Of a stretch of 64,000 nt of DNA, positions 9,933 through 19,087 are shown piece by piece. The notes under the pieces were generated by a model. The model searched no databases. It was given only the letters and a program-made list of their open reading frames with translations, and was not told the origin of the DNA. Both the position numbers and the translations under genes were made by a program. Source of the stretch: Rhizomicrobium sp. (GTDB lineage: Bacteria > Pseudomonadota > Alphaproteobacteria > Micropepsales > Micropepsaceae); assembly GCA_035502175.1 (NCBI GenBank), contig DATJUS010000041.1, forward strand, positions 2,936 through 66,935, written 5' to 3'. The first letter of the stretch is position 1. Every line of letters begins with the position of its first letter.

Positions 9933-11207
9933 ATGCCTTCCGCACTTTCTCCGTCGAAAAAGTCTACGCCGGCTTCCGACCGCGTGCCGCACGGGACTTT
10001 GCTGATGCGGGCGCGCCTGCGGCGCGACTTCGACGCTGTCGAGGAGATCGGAAACCGAATTCTTGCGGCAAATGCAGCGAACGATTTCGTTCAGCGCGCA
10101 CTTGCGCGCCAGTTCGACGAACTGGGAAATCCGGATAGGGCCGTTCCGCACTGGCAGACGTTGCGCGACAATAACCCGCGAGATTTCGAGGCCGCATTTC
10201 ATCTCGCGCGCGCGCGTTCGCGTGCAGGAGATACGCCCGACCTGGCCGCGGCAAAAGCAGCGCCCGAGGCATCTGGGTCCTTTCGTGGACATCTGCGTGC
10301 TGTTCTGGAGGAAGATACCGGCATCGAGTTCTGCGACAACGAGCGGAAGAATGTTGTCATCTGTGGCGTCTCCTATAGCGGCAGTACGCTGATTGACCGC
10401 CTACTTGGCGGCCTCCCGGAGACTGCAAGCATCGGCGAGTCCCATTGGCTGACAAAGGCGAAAGCAGCTAAAGGATATGGTCCAATAGATTTTGACACCG
10501 AGAATCCGGTGGGACTCGTACCCTGTACCGGCTGTGGTTCGAGTTGCAAAGTTTTGAATTTTACCTTTCGAAGACACCTCGCTGCCGATCACACGAATTG
10601 GTTCGATAGAATTGCACAGCAACTCGGCACAAGAAATCTGATTTCCGCCGACAAGAATCCGCCCAAGATCGTGGATAACGATCCGCGCTTGCGATTCGAC
10701 GGACTTGTGGTGTTCAAGAGCCTGCCCCAAGCTTGGCAATCGGAATTGAACAAGCGAAAAGCCGGGGAAAGCGAGAGCTATTACCTTGAGGAATGCAAAA
10801 AGTACGTGAACGTCTGGACGCAGAACTATCGCATGTTTCTTGAGGACTTTCGCCCGGAGGGCAATGTCGCCTTCCTCTTCTTCGATGAATTTGCACGCGA
10901 TCCGGCCAATACACTCCGAGCTGCGTGCAATACATTAGGTCTCCAGTTCGATGAAGGCGTGCTATCAAGAACCCGCCCGGGACACGCGATCGGTGGAAAT
11001 TCGCGCGCGTTGGGAAAACTAAAGAATGCCGATTACGCGCCCGAGATCACACCAGTAGAGTCATGTAATCTGCCGAAGTCCCATATCGACATCATCGCCG
11101 CCAGTACCGAAGCCACGCAATTGTTCGATCAATTGCAGGCAGCGTATCAGAAGACTATTCAGCATTCCGCCAGGCCGATCCCAGACCCCGCACGGTGTCA
11201 TGTCTAA
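9933..11207 (+). CDS. TPR + sulfotransferase-like (P-loop) protein
   Basis: N-terminal TPR; VICGVSYSGSTLIDRLLGG...IGESHW resembles the Sulfotransfer_3 5'-PSB region; CTGCGSSC cluster; start uncertain (9933 or 10004). Confidence 0.6.
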   Translation: MPSALSPSKKSTPASDRVPHGTLLMRARLRRDFDAVEEIGNRILAANAANDFVQRALARQFDELGNPDRAVPHWQTLRDNNPRDFEAAFHLARARSRAGDTPDLAAAKAAPEASGSFRGHLRAVLEEDTGIEFCDNERKNVVICGVSYSGSTLIDRLLGGLPETASIGESHWLTKAKAAKGYGPIDFDTENPVGLVPCTGCGSSCKVLNFTFRRHLAADHTNWFDRIAQQLGTRNLISADKNPPKIVDNDPRLRFDGLVVFKSLPQAWQSELNKRKAGESESYYLEECKKYVNVWTQNYRMFLEDFRPEGNVAFLFFDEFARDPANTLRAACNTLGLQFDEGVLSRTRPGHAIGGNSRALGKLKNADYAPEITPVESCNLPKSHIDIIAASTEATQLFDQLQAAYQKTIQHSARPIPDPARCHV

Positions 11208-11988
11208 TAGAATTACCCCTGAGCAAATTGCGACCATCAAACCCGAGCATCTCAAATGGATGTTTGGCGATTTTCACGAAATGATTCAGGCGCGAATCGA
11301 AGAACTCAGGCGCCTCAACCATGCTTTGAGCACGTCGACCGTGGCTTTTTTTGAATATCTGCTGCGCGAAGTCGATGCAGAGAAATTTGCGCGCATCCAA
11401 CGGACTTTCCTCAGCGCGGAAAGCCGTACCCAGAACGGGAACATGCTAAAATATATTGATCCCATCACATGGTTCGAAAGTAAGCTGAACAATGCGCGCT
11501 GGATTGGCCTGGATAACCAGCGCCCGCTCCGGATTCTTGATCTTGGGACCGGCCCGGGACACTTTCCCGTCGTCGCGCGCTTCTACGGACACCTCGTCGT
11601 AGGAACCGATCTTCCGGACAGATCACGCGGCTTAGTGCACGACGGTCACCTATACGATGCACTCTGTGATCTCTATCACGTGGAACGAATTAGCCACCGG
11701 ATATTCCCCTCTGAGCCCCTCGGAGAAGTCGGCGGTCGTTACGACTTGCTGACGGCATTTCTCGCGGCTTTCAATATAGATGAAGAGAAGCGCCCTTGGT
11801 CCGTGGATCAGTGGCGCTTCTTTCTTTTGGATTTGAAGGAAAACATACTTAACGATGGCGGCGTGCTTTGCATGACCTTGGACGACGCGAAGCTCACCCC
11901 AGATAGTTGGTCATTCCTCCGAAATCTGTCCGAAAAATGCGTTGAAAGGAAAAAACAGATACTAATCTCCGATTTTTCGAATCTCTGA
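11200..11988 (+). CDS. Class I SAM-dependent methyltransferase
   Basis: ILDLGTGPGHF motif I, VVGTD, YDLLTAF; overlaps upstream gene by 8 nt. Confidence 0.8.
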   Translation: MSNRITPEQIATIKPEHLKWMFGDFHEMIQARIEELRRLNHALSTSTVAFFEYLLREVDAEKFARIQRTFLSAESRTQNGNMLKYIDPITWFESKLNNARWIGLDNQRPLRILDLGTGPGHFPVVARFYGHLVVGTDLPDRSRGLVHDGHLYDALCDLYHVERISHRIFPSEPLGEVGGRYDLLTAFLAAFNIDEEKRPWSVDQWRFFLLDLKENILNDGGVLCMTLDDAKLTPDSWSFLRNLSEKCVERKKQILISDFSNL

Positions 11989-12050
11989 TTTGGCCAGGTA
12001 AATGTGGCCTGAGCATGTTATATTGCAGCGTGCGCCGGACAGAGGGATCA

Positions 12051-12311
12051 ATGCCCCGGAAAAAGAAAGCAACTGGGACTCAAGCGGAGACCCAACAAAT
12101 TTCCAAACCGGTCTTGAGCAAAGAAGATCGGGAAGAAGTAGAAAGGCTCAAGGCCACAATAGCTGAGTTGAAAGCGGAGATCACCCGCGATAGCGACATG
12201 GTCGCGGAATTGCGGGCAAATATCGCGCGCAATAAAGAAAAGCTCGGCATCTGTCTCGCGCGCAGGCAAGCACTTCTCAATTCCTCGGCGCCGCCAGATC
12301 GGTTAATTTGA
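12051..12311 (+). CDS. Small coiled-coil protein (86 aa)
   Basis: AGAGGGA RBS before ATG 12051; heptad pattern LKATIAELKAEITRDSDMVAELRANIARNKEKL. Confidence 0.55.
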   Translation: MPRKKKATGTQAETQQISKPVLSKEDREEVERLKATIAELKAEITRDSDMVAELRANIARNKEKLGICLARRQALLNSSAPPDRLI

Positions 12312-12318
12312 GTTCTGC

Positions 12319-13029
12319 CTAGTTCGTATCGATAGAGTTCACGTAGTTGTTCAGCGCTAGCCGTTCCATCACCTCGTCATAATTCACGATCGCAGCTCGC
12401 AAATCGTTCGGCGTCGCCTTGATGAACGGAACATCATAGGCCTTTTGTGGCATGTCCAGATACTCGCGCACGCGCCGCACGACAGCGTCAAGCGCTGAAT
12501 TGATCTCTTCGTATTCAATATCGAGCACCTCTTCGGGCGCGAACGCCGACATGAGCGCTTGATGCTGGCGTTCCATGATGCCGATGCGCTTGATCAGGAG
12601 ATCGGGGTCGAGGGCAGAGGGACCGGGCAGTTCCATGCCCTTCCTGATCGCCCACGGGCCTTCGCCGGTTTCGCGGCGGAGTTTTTCGGCGTGCGCTTCG
12701 GCGCGCATCTGTGACACCGCCGCCTTGACGAGGTTGTCGCGCCGGAGCCGCACGATGCGGACGCCCGCGCGCCGCAGCATGGCTGTCATCGCCGGCACAT
12801 CGCGAATAGCCATCATGGCCTGCTTGGAGCCGATGAATGCGCGCGAAGGCTGCGCGGCATCCTCTTCGTAGAATTCGCCAAACCAGGCAGCCTGTTCTTC
12901 CGCTGTACGGAGCGCGTTCAGATTCTCGTTGGCAAGCTTCATTGGCGCGGATTGGCGCAAGATGGAAACCAGGAGGTTGCTGCCTACGCGGCCCCAGGGC
13001 ATCAACAGCATGAAGCGAACTGTGCTCAT
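12319..13029 (-). CDS. Stf0-like sulfotransferase
   Basis: RVGSNLLVSIL (RSGSTLL-like) and IVRLRRDNLVKAAVSQ; ATGA overlap with the upstream GT4 stop. Confidence 0.65.
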   Translation of the reverse strand: MSTVRFMLLMPWGRVGSNLLVSILRQSAPMKLANENLNALRTAEEQAAWFGEFYEEDAAQPSRAFIGSKQAMMAIRDVPAMTAMLRRAGVRIVRLRRDNLVKAAVSQMRAEAHAEKLRRETGEGPWAIRKGMELPGPSALDPDLLIKRIGIMERQHQALMSAFAPEEVLDIEYEEINSALDAVVRRVREYLDMPQKAYDVPFIKATPNDLRAAIVNYDEVMERLALNNYVNSIDTN

Positions 13030-15236
13030 GCGGCTCTGTCCGGCGTTGTGAGCAGGATGTCCGTCAATTTTGTCACCATGCGCTCTGGCGAGAACCGGCG
13101 GCGCACAAAGTCTTCGCCCGCACGCGACGCCGCAGCCATCCATGCCGGATCTGCGAGAGCGCGCAGGATCGTATCGGCCAGAGATTGCAGCGTATTGTCT
13201 TCGACCAGCATGCCCGTCACCCCGTTGGACATCGTCTCCGAGATGCCGCCCACGCTTCGGGCGATGACGGGAACGCCGCAAGCCTGCGCTTCGAGCATCA
13301 CGTTGGGCAGCGCTTCCGACGCCGACGACAGGACAAAGAGGTCGAGCGCCGGCAGTCTTTGCGCGAGGTCCTGTACAAGACCGGGGAGGATGAAGTTCGC
13401 TTTCACACCCTTGGCCTCGATGTGGCGGCGCGTATCTTCCATGAGTTCGCCATCGCCGAACATGACAAAGCGGGCATCGGGCCTTTGCTTCAACACTTCG
13501 CACGCCGCATCCACCCAATGAAGCGGCTGTTTCTCCTGGCGGAACTTGAACGCCGTTCCAATCAGCGGCGCATAATCGGGGACGCCATACGGCGTGCGCA
13601 GCGCGCTTCGCGCGGCGGCATCGCGCACAGGCCGAAACACACCGGCATCGAAACCATTGTGCACGACGTGAAGATTGGAGGCATTTTCGAGATCGAGCCA
13701 TTGCTCGTAGTCGCGGATTGCCGCTCCCGCAACACCGACCAACGCCACATTCTTCCGCCCCAGCAACGCTTCATAGCAGCCGCGCCAGCGGCGGGGCGCC
13801 GCGAGCTCGGGGCGGAGCGCCGTGGGCCGCATGTTGTGCGTGTGCAGGACAATGCGCGGGACACCGGCGTGAAGCGCGGCGAGCCCTGCAAAGAGTGTAA
13901 GCGGCTCGAGCGATGCGTGCACAATCGCAGGCTTGTCTTCCTGCAGCCGATTGAAGATCGCCTGGGCCGTTGCCGCATTGTCCTGTGGCAGCCAGGCGAA
14001 GGGCGCCTCGATCGGGCCGGTGCGGTTCAGCACCACGATATCGGACGCCGCGGCCCCGACGAGCGGCAGGTAAAAATCAGTGCCGTTGTGCGGCGAGAGA
14101 TCGATCAGATAGAGCTTCACCCAATCGAAGCGGCCGCTCTCGTGCAGCGCGCGAAACGTGGTGGCAACGACGCGCTCCGCGCCGCCAGCCGTCAGAGAGT
14201 GGGCGATCATGACGAGGCCCGAGCCGGTTGCCACGTTCCGCGGACGCGCGGAGCCGGCCACAGTTTCGAATATGCTCTCCGGCGACATGATGTGCGAGAA
14301 GTCGTGGGACCGCGCCGCTTTCTCGATGGAGCCGCCAAAAGCCTCGAACAATGCTTCCGCCTGTGAAAGCCGCACGCGCAAGTCTGGCGCATCAGCCAGA
14401 AGCGAACGCACTGCCAGCAGGGACTTCGCATCGCGCCCCCAATAACCCTGGGCCAAAGCGAGCGCGGCCCGTTCCCTGAGCAGCTCGGAATCGGTGGGTC
14501 GGTCGGCCAAAGCGCTGTTCACCTCTGCGATCGCGGCCTCGAGATCATCTTCGCTGCGATACAATCTGGCGCGCCAGATCGCGCCTTCGGAGCCCGGCGG
14601 CAGATCCGTCAGCAAATGGGCCCGCGCGCTTTCGATCTCCGATCGCTCTTTCGAAAATCTCGCGATCGTGTTGTAGCACGCGAAAGAGGTCGCGGGATCG
14701 AGCGCAAAATCGAGCATGGCTTCGCGCGCTTCCTGCAAGGCCTCGTCACCGCGCCTCGCAGCCATCAACGTGTTGATCACACCCTTGCGGCGATCGCCAT
14801 CGAGAACTGCCGCACGTCTGTGCAGCCTAAGGCTCTCTTCGATATTGCCGTGCCCGAAATGCAATTCTGCGACGCGAGCCAGCAGCGCGGCGCTGGCATC
14901 GCTGGCATCTGCCAGAGGTTCGAGCACTTCGAGTGCGCGGGATTGCTTCCCCGCATTTGCAGAAGCGTTTGCCAGCAGCAACGCAATAGGACCGTTGGCC
15001 GGAAAGAGTGCGTGCGCGCGTTCAAGAAACTCGACGGCAGCATCGTTCGCACCGGCGCGCACCAACAACCGCGCCACGCGCGGCGCAGGATGTCCCTCGG
15101 GAGATTGGCAAGCCCAGTAAAGCGTAGCGGTCGTAAGCCTGCGGATCTGATCGACGTCGGTCGCGCCCTTTTTGTCGAGATCGGCTTCGGCGGCATCCAG
15201 CCGCGCGCGAAGCTCCGTCAGTGATAATTCCGGCAT
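13026..15236 (-). CDS. TPR + GT4 glycosyltransferase fusion (736 aa)
   Basis: TPR N-terminus; GGAERVVA and EALPNVMLEAQACGVP motifs. Confidence 0.85.
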   Translation of the reverse strand: MPELSLTELRARLDAAEADLDKKGATDVDQIRRLTTATLYWACQSPEGHPAPRVARLLVRAGANDAAVEFLERAHALFPANGPIALLLANASANAGKQSRALEVLEPLADASDASAALLARVAELHFGHGNIEESLRLHRRAAVLDGDRRKGVINTLMAARRGDEALQEAREAMLDFALDPATSFACYNTIARFSKERSEIESARAHLLTDLPPGSEGAIWRARLYRSEDDLEAAIAEVNSALADRPTDSELLRERAALALAQGYWGRDAKSLLAVRSLLADAPDLRVRLSQAEALFEAFGGSIEKAARSHDFSHIMSPESIFETVAGSARPRNVATGSGLVMIAHSLTAGGAERVVATTFRALHESGRFDWVKLYLIDLSPHNGTDFYLPLVGAAASDIVVLNRTGPIEAPFAWLPQDNAATAQAIFNRLQEDKPAIVHASLEPLTLFAGLAALHAGVPRIVLHTHNMRPTALRPELAAPRRWRGCYEALLGRKNVALVGVAGAAIRDYEQWLDLENASNLHVVHNGFDAGVFRPVRDAAARSALRTPYGVPDYAPLIGTAFKFRQEKQPLHWVDAACEVLKQRPDARFVMFGDGELMEDTRRHIEAKGVKANFILPGLVQDLAQRLPALDLFVLSSASEALPNVMLEAQACGVPVIARSVGGISETMSNGVTGMLVEDNTLQSLADTILRALADPAWMAAASRAGEDFVRRRFSPERMVTKLTDILLTTPDRAA

Positions 15237-15486
15237 GTCCTTAACAGCGGTCCTGAGAATGCTTTTGTGCTATGAACCGGCAAATGAAGTCGACTTATTA
15301 TGGGCTTCAATCTGCCGGACTGCATTCTCTGTTGCAACTTCGTCGGCAAAATTCGGTATACTTTGCGACAACCACAAATATTTGATCGCGAACTCTACCA
15401 ATGGTGGCGGCGTTCGCTTGTGGCTTGATGAAGCACAATTTAGTCTCTCCATCAATCGGCGAATAGTCTTCGCCGAGTTGGAGCGT

Positions 15487-16473
15487 ATGATGTCCGTACT
15501 GGTGACGGGCGGTGCCGGATACATCGGTAGCCATCTCGTCTGGCGTTTGGCCGAAGCCGGAGAAGATGTGATCGTGGTCGACGATCTATCGTCGGGGCGC
15601 CGCAATGCCGTGCATCCGGATGCTGCATTCTATCAGGGGAACGCTGGCGACCACGCCCTGATCGCCAGCCTGCTCGCGAGGCATGGGATCGATTCCGTCA
15701 TTCATCTGGCCGCATCAATCAGCGTTTCGGAGTCGATTGAGGATCCGCTCAAATATTATCGAAACAACAGTGGTGTTTCACGCCTTCTGATCGAATCCTG
15801 TATCCAAGCCGGCGTGCAGAGCTTCATTTTTGCATCCAGTGCGAGTGTATATGGCGACGCCTCCTTCGATGACGTTGATGAGTCCGCCACGCTTGATCCC
15901 ATCAGTCCCTACGGCCGTTCCAAGCATATCACCGAATGGATGCTGGCGGATGCCTATCGGGCGCACGGCATGCGTTACGCGTCCCTGCGCTACTTCAACG
16001 TGGCTGGCACTGCGCGCGCCGGAGCGGGGGGATGGAGCGTCCCAAGTACGACGCATCTCATCGGCTATGCGAACAAGGTCGCGCTGGGCCGCGAAAGTGT
16101 CCTGAATATTTTCGGCACCGACTATCCCACGCACGACGGCACGTGCATCCGGGACTACATCCATATCGAAGACCTGGGAGAGATACATCTCAGGATGCTC
16201 GACCATTTGAGAGCTGGCGGAATCTCCGGACCGCTCAATTGCGGTTATGGTCGAGGCTTCTCTGTTCGTGACGTGGTCTCAGCGGTAGAGCGTGTCAGCG
16301 GCAATCCCCTTCCGACAAAGCCGGGACTTCGACGCAAAGGCGATACGGCAAGAGTGGTGGCGGACTCGACCCGCCTCCGCTCCCTTCTCGACTGGACGCC
16401 GCGGCATGAGGACATCGACGTGATCATTCGTTCGGACTACGAACGGGAAAAAGCACGCAGCGCATCCCGCTGA
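15487..16473 (+). CDS. galE: UDP-glucose 4-epimerase
   Basis: VLVTGGAGYIGSH, YGRSK, RYFNVAG, DGTCIRDYIH. Confidence 0.9.
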   Translation: MMSVLVTGGAGYIGSHLVWRLAEAGEDVIVVDDLSSGRRNAVHPDAAFYQGNAGDHALIASLLARHGIDSVIHLAASISVSESIEDPLKYYRNNSGVSRLLIESCIQAGVQSFIFASSASVYGDASFDDVDESATLDPISPYGRSKHITEWMLADAYRAHGMRYASLRYFNVAGTARAGAGGWSVPSTTHLIGYANKVALGRESVLNIFGTDYPTHDGTCIRDYIHIEDLGEIHLRMLDHLRAGGISGPLNCGYGRGFSVRDVVSAVERVSGNPLPTKPGLRRKGDTARVVADSTRLRSLLDWTPRHEDIDVIIRSDYEREKARSASR

Positions 16474-16616
16474 GCGGGCACGCCGATTGGCAATGTAACG
16501 ACCTGTATCCCTCAGCTTTGCCACGACATCGCAACAACCCGCGCTGACACGGGACCGTCATCGCTTCGCGCTAGTCATGCCCCACCTTGAAACAATCCTA
16601 TGGCTGGCGGGGACAA

Positions 16617-17597
16617 ATGGCACACGCATCTTTTCGCAGCGCGTTTAGCGCTTTGGCAATTCTGATTCTGGCTGGTGGGCTTTCCAAGGGGAGGGCCGCC
16701 GACACCCATGCGCCCGGCGGCGTTACCCATCACATCAAGACCGTTTTCATTATCCTGATGGAAAATCACAACTGGACCGGCGATGGCGACAAGAGCATCG
16801 AAGGAAAACGCCGTGCTTCCTACATCAATGACACTCTGATCCCGATGGGCTCGCATGCGGAGCAATATTACAATCCGCCGGGCGTGCACCCGAGCCTTCC
16901 GAATTATCTGTGGCTCGAAGCCGGCACGAATTTCGGGATCCTTCACGACGGGTTGCCGAGAAAGTTCGGACAGGACACGACTGACCATCTCGTCAGCTAT
17001 CTCGACAAGGCCGGCGTCAACTGGAAAGCCTATCTCGAAAACGCGCCTCGCGCGCGCTGCCCACTGAAAAACGAGGGCGGCACCGATGCGAGCGGAAGCC
17101 CGAACTACGCCGTCCGGCACGAGCCGTTCGCCTATTTCAACGACGTGACGGACAATCACAACGAGTTCTCGGCCAAGTGCATCGCACATCTTCGGCCATT
17201 TCGCGAGCTAGCGCGGGATCTGCGGAAGAACAAGGTCGCCAGCTACAACTTCATCACGCCGAACCAATGTGACGACATGCATGATGGCTGCAAGACAGGA
17301 GCAGTCCGCAACGGTGATCAGTGGTTGGCGGCAAACGTGCCGATGATCCTGAACTCCAAGGCCTACAAAGATGGCGGCGCGCTGTTCATCACGTTCGATG
17401 AAGCCGACAAGGGCGACGGACCGATCCCCATGATCGTCATCTCCCCGTTCGCCAAAGGACATGGCTATTCGAACGATATTCCGTACACGCACGGATCGAC
17501 GTTGCGCACGATGCAGGAAATCTTCGGCGTGACGCCTCTGCTCGGTGACGCGGCCAACCAAACCGACCTGAGCGACCTGTTCACGACGTTCCCTTAG
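16617..17597 (+). CDS. Secreted phosphoesterase / acid phosphatase (AcpA/PLC-like family)
   Basis: Signal peptide; IILMENH, HPSLPNY, DDMHDG, ITFDE, HGSTLRT. Confidence 0.85.
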   Translation: MAHASFRSAFSALAILILAGGLSKGRAADTHAPGGVTHHIKTVFIILMENHNWTGDGDKSIEGKRRASYINDTLIPMGSHAEQYYNPPGVHPSLPNYLWLEAGTNFGILHDGLPRKFGQDTTDHLVSYLDKAGVNWKAYLENAPRARCPLKNEGGTDASGSPNYAVRHEPFAYFNDVTDNHNEFSAKCIAHLRPFRELARDLRKNKVASYNFITPNQCDDMHDGCKTGAVRNGDQWLAANVPMILNSKAYKDGGALFITFDEADKGDGPIPMIVISPFAKGHGYSNDIPYTHGSTLRTMQEIFGVTPLLGDAANQTDLSDLFTTFP

Positions 17598-17607
17598 GAC
17601 GCCATCC

Positions 17608-17633
17608 GGGAGCGCTCCGGTTGGGGCGCTCCC
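17608..17633. terminator. GC-rich hairpin between convergent genes, possible terminator
   Basis: GGGAGCGC / GCGCTCCC 8-bp arms 11 nt after the phosphoesterase stop; no clear U-tract. Confidence 0.4.
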
Positions 17634-17832
17634 GCGCTCGTTCATGGTAGTCTGGCCATGAACGAGATGCGGTTGCAGACCTCTAGCGGTTGGCGCGATG
17701 CGGAGCGCAGCGCACCGTGGCGGCGTGATACGCTGATTAGATTCTTCTCGGTCAGCAAGCCTTTTGCACGCGCGTGGCGCTGCGGCTCGTAGAAATTCCG
17801 TCCACGAACGGTCACGGCGCCGTACGCGGTGA

Positions 17833-18684
17833 CTATTCGGCGGGCAACGGAGCTGGAACAGCAGTCGCCTTGAGACGCGCCTGACGGCCATGCTCCCAAC
17901 GCATCAGAACCGTGACGGCAGCGATCGTGGCCACATAAGCAACAAGCTGTGCACCGTTCGGCGTGTCATTGTAGCCCACCAAAGTGTGCAACAGGCGTCC
18001 GACGATCGAGTCCTGCGACAGAATCCTCGACGTATCCCACACGGTGCTCATCAGCACCTGGAGATAGCCGGCTTGCTGCAGGAACAGCACGGCCTGTGCC
18101 GCCATACCGGCCGCGAGCAAGGTAATCAGACCGGATGTCACCCGAAAGAGCTTATGCGCCGGAATTGCGAGCAGGCCGTAATACATCAACGCCGACATCG
18201 CGATGCCGCCTACCACACCCAGCGAGCCGCCGAGCAAAAGAGACGCGGTGGTCGTCCCGGGCTGGGAAGCGATGCCGTAGAGAAAGAGAACGACTTCCGA
18301 ACCCTCGCGCAGCACTGCGACGCCGACCACGATGGCGAGCGCTGCGAGCGTACGTTCACCGGCAGCCACTTGGGCGCCGACTTCGCGCATTTCCCGTGCC
18401 ATCTGCCGGCCGTGACCGGCCATCCACACATTGTGCCAAGTGAGCATCACCACCGCGAGCAACAGCACAGAGGCGTTGAACAGCTCCTGGCCCGAACCCT
18501 GGAACATCGACTCAAGTTCGCCCGCAAACGCCGCGACGATACACGCGCCCAGCACACCGCCGGCCACACCATAGGCAACCCAGAGCGAGCGGCGTGGAAC
18601 GCCTTTGCTCGCCGCAAGCACAATGCCGACGATCAGACCGGCTTCGATGATCTCGCGGAAAACGATCAGGAGACTGGCGAGCAT
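17833..18684 (-). CDS. FTR1-family high-affinity iron permease (EfeU/FtrC-like)
   Basis: Two RExxE motifs (FREIIEA, LREGSE); about 7 TM segments. Confidence 0.92.
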   Translation of the reverse strand: MLASLLIVFREIIEAGLIVGIVLAASKGVPRRSLWVAYGVAGGVLGACIVAAFAGELESMFQGSGQELFNASVLLLAVVMLTWHNVWMAGHGRQMAREMREVGAQVAAGERTLAALAIVVGVAVLREGSEVVLFLYGIASQPGTTTASLLLGGSLGVVGGIAMSALMYYGLLAIPAHKLFRVTSGLITLLAAGMAAQAVLFLQQAGYLQVLMSTVWDTSRILSQDSIVGRLLHTLVGYNDTPNGAQLVAYVATIAAVTVLMRWEHGRQARLKATAVPAPLPAE

Positions 18685-18694
18685 GACTTTTTTA

Positions 18695-19018
18695 CTACTC
18701 GGCGATCACGACGCCTTGCGCCGTTGCGGAATGAAACTCGCCCATGAAGGGATAGCGCCCCGGTGCGAGCGGACGCAGGCGCACATTGCCGGTGGAGTTG
18801 CCGGCCACCACCTTTTCGACCTTAAGCGATGTCGAGTCGAACTCTTCCGCCGTTGTATCCTCATTGGTCATGGCGATCACATTCGGCTGATTGGCCTTCA
18901 CATGAATTTCGGCGGGAGTGAATTTGTGATCTTTCAGCTTCAGCGCAATCGCATCGTCCGCGGAAGCAGAGGTGCCAAATCCAATCGCCAAAACCGCGAT
19001 TATCAACGTCGTTTTCAT
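18695..19018 (-). CDS. Periplasmic cupredoxin-domain protein (FtrB / EfeO-N-like)
   Basis: Signal peptide; FTPAEIHV, EEFDS, LAPGRYPFMGEFH. Confidence 0.85.
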   Translation of the reverse strand: MKTTLIIAVLAIGFGTSASADDAIALKLKDHKFTPAEIHVKANQPNVIAMTNEDTTAEEFDSTSLKVEKVVAGNSTGNVRLRPLAPGRYPFMGEFHSATAQGVVIAE

Positions 19019-19055
19019 GCGAAATCCCGAGTTCCGTCGGACTTGTATAGTCTAG

Positions 19056-19072
19056 TTGCAAGTCAGTCGCAA
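19056..19072. promoter_or_regulatory. Putative alphaproteobacterial Fur-type iron box
   Basis: Pseudo-palindrome TTGCAAGTCAGTCGCAA 38-54 nt upstream of the cupredoxin start. Confidence 0.6.
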
Positions 19073-19087
19073 GTACATAGGTGGGAA

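Noticed and set aside
4060-16616. Classical integrative island with attL/attR at the tRNA 3' end
   Set aside because: No integrase, and I saw no repeat of the tRNA 3' end near 16473 or elsewhere (manual scan, not exhaustive)
17658-17792. 44-aa ORF between the phosphoesterase and FTR1
   Set aside because: No RBS, no recognisable features, atypical composition
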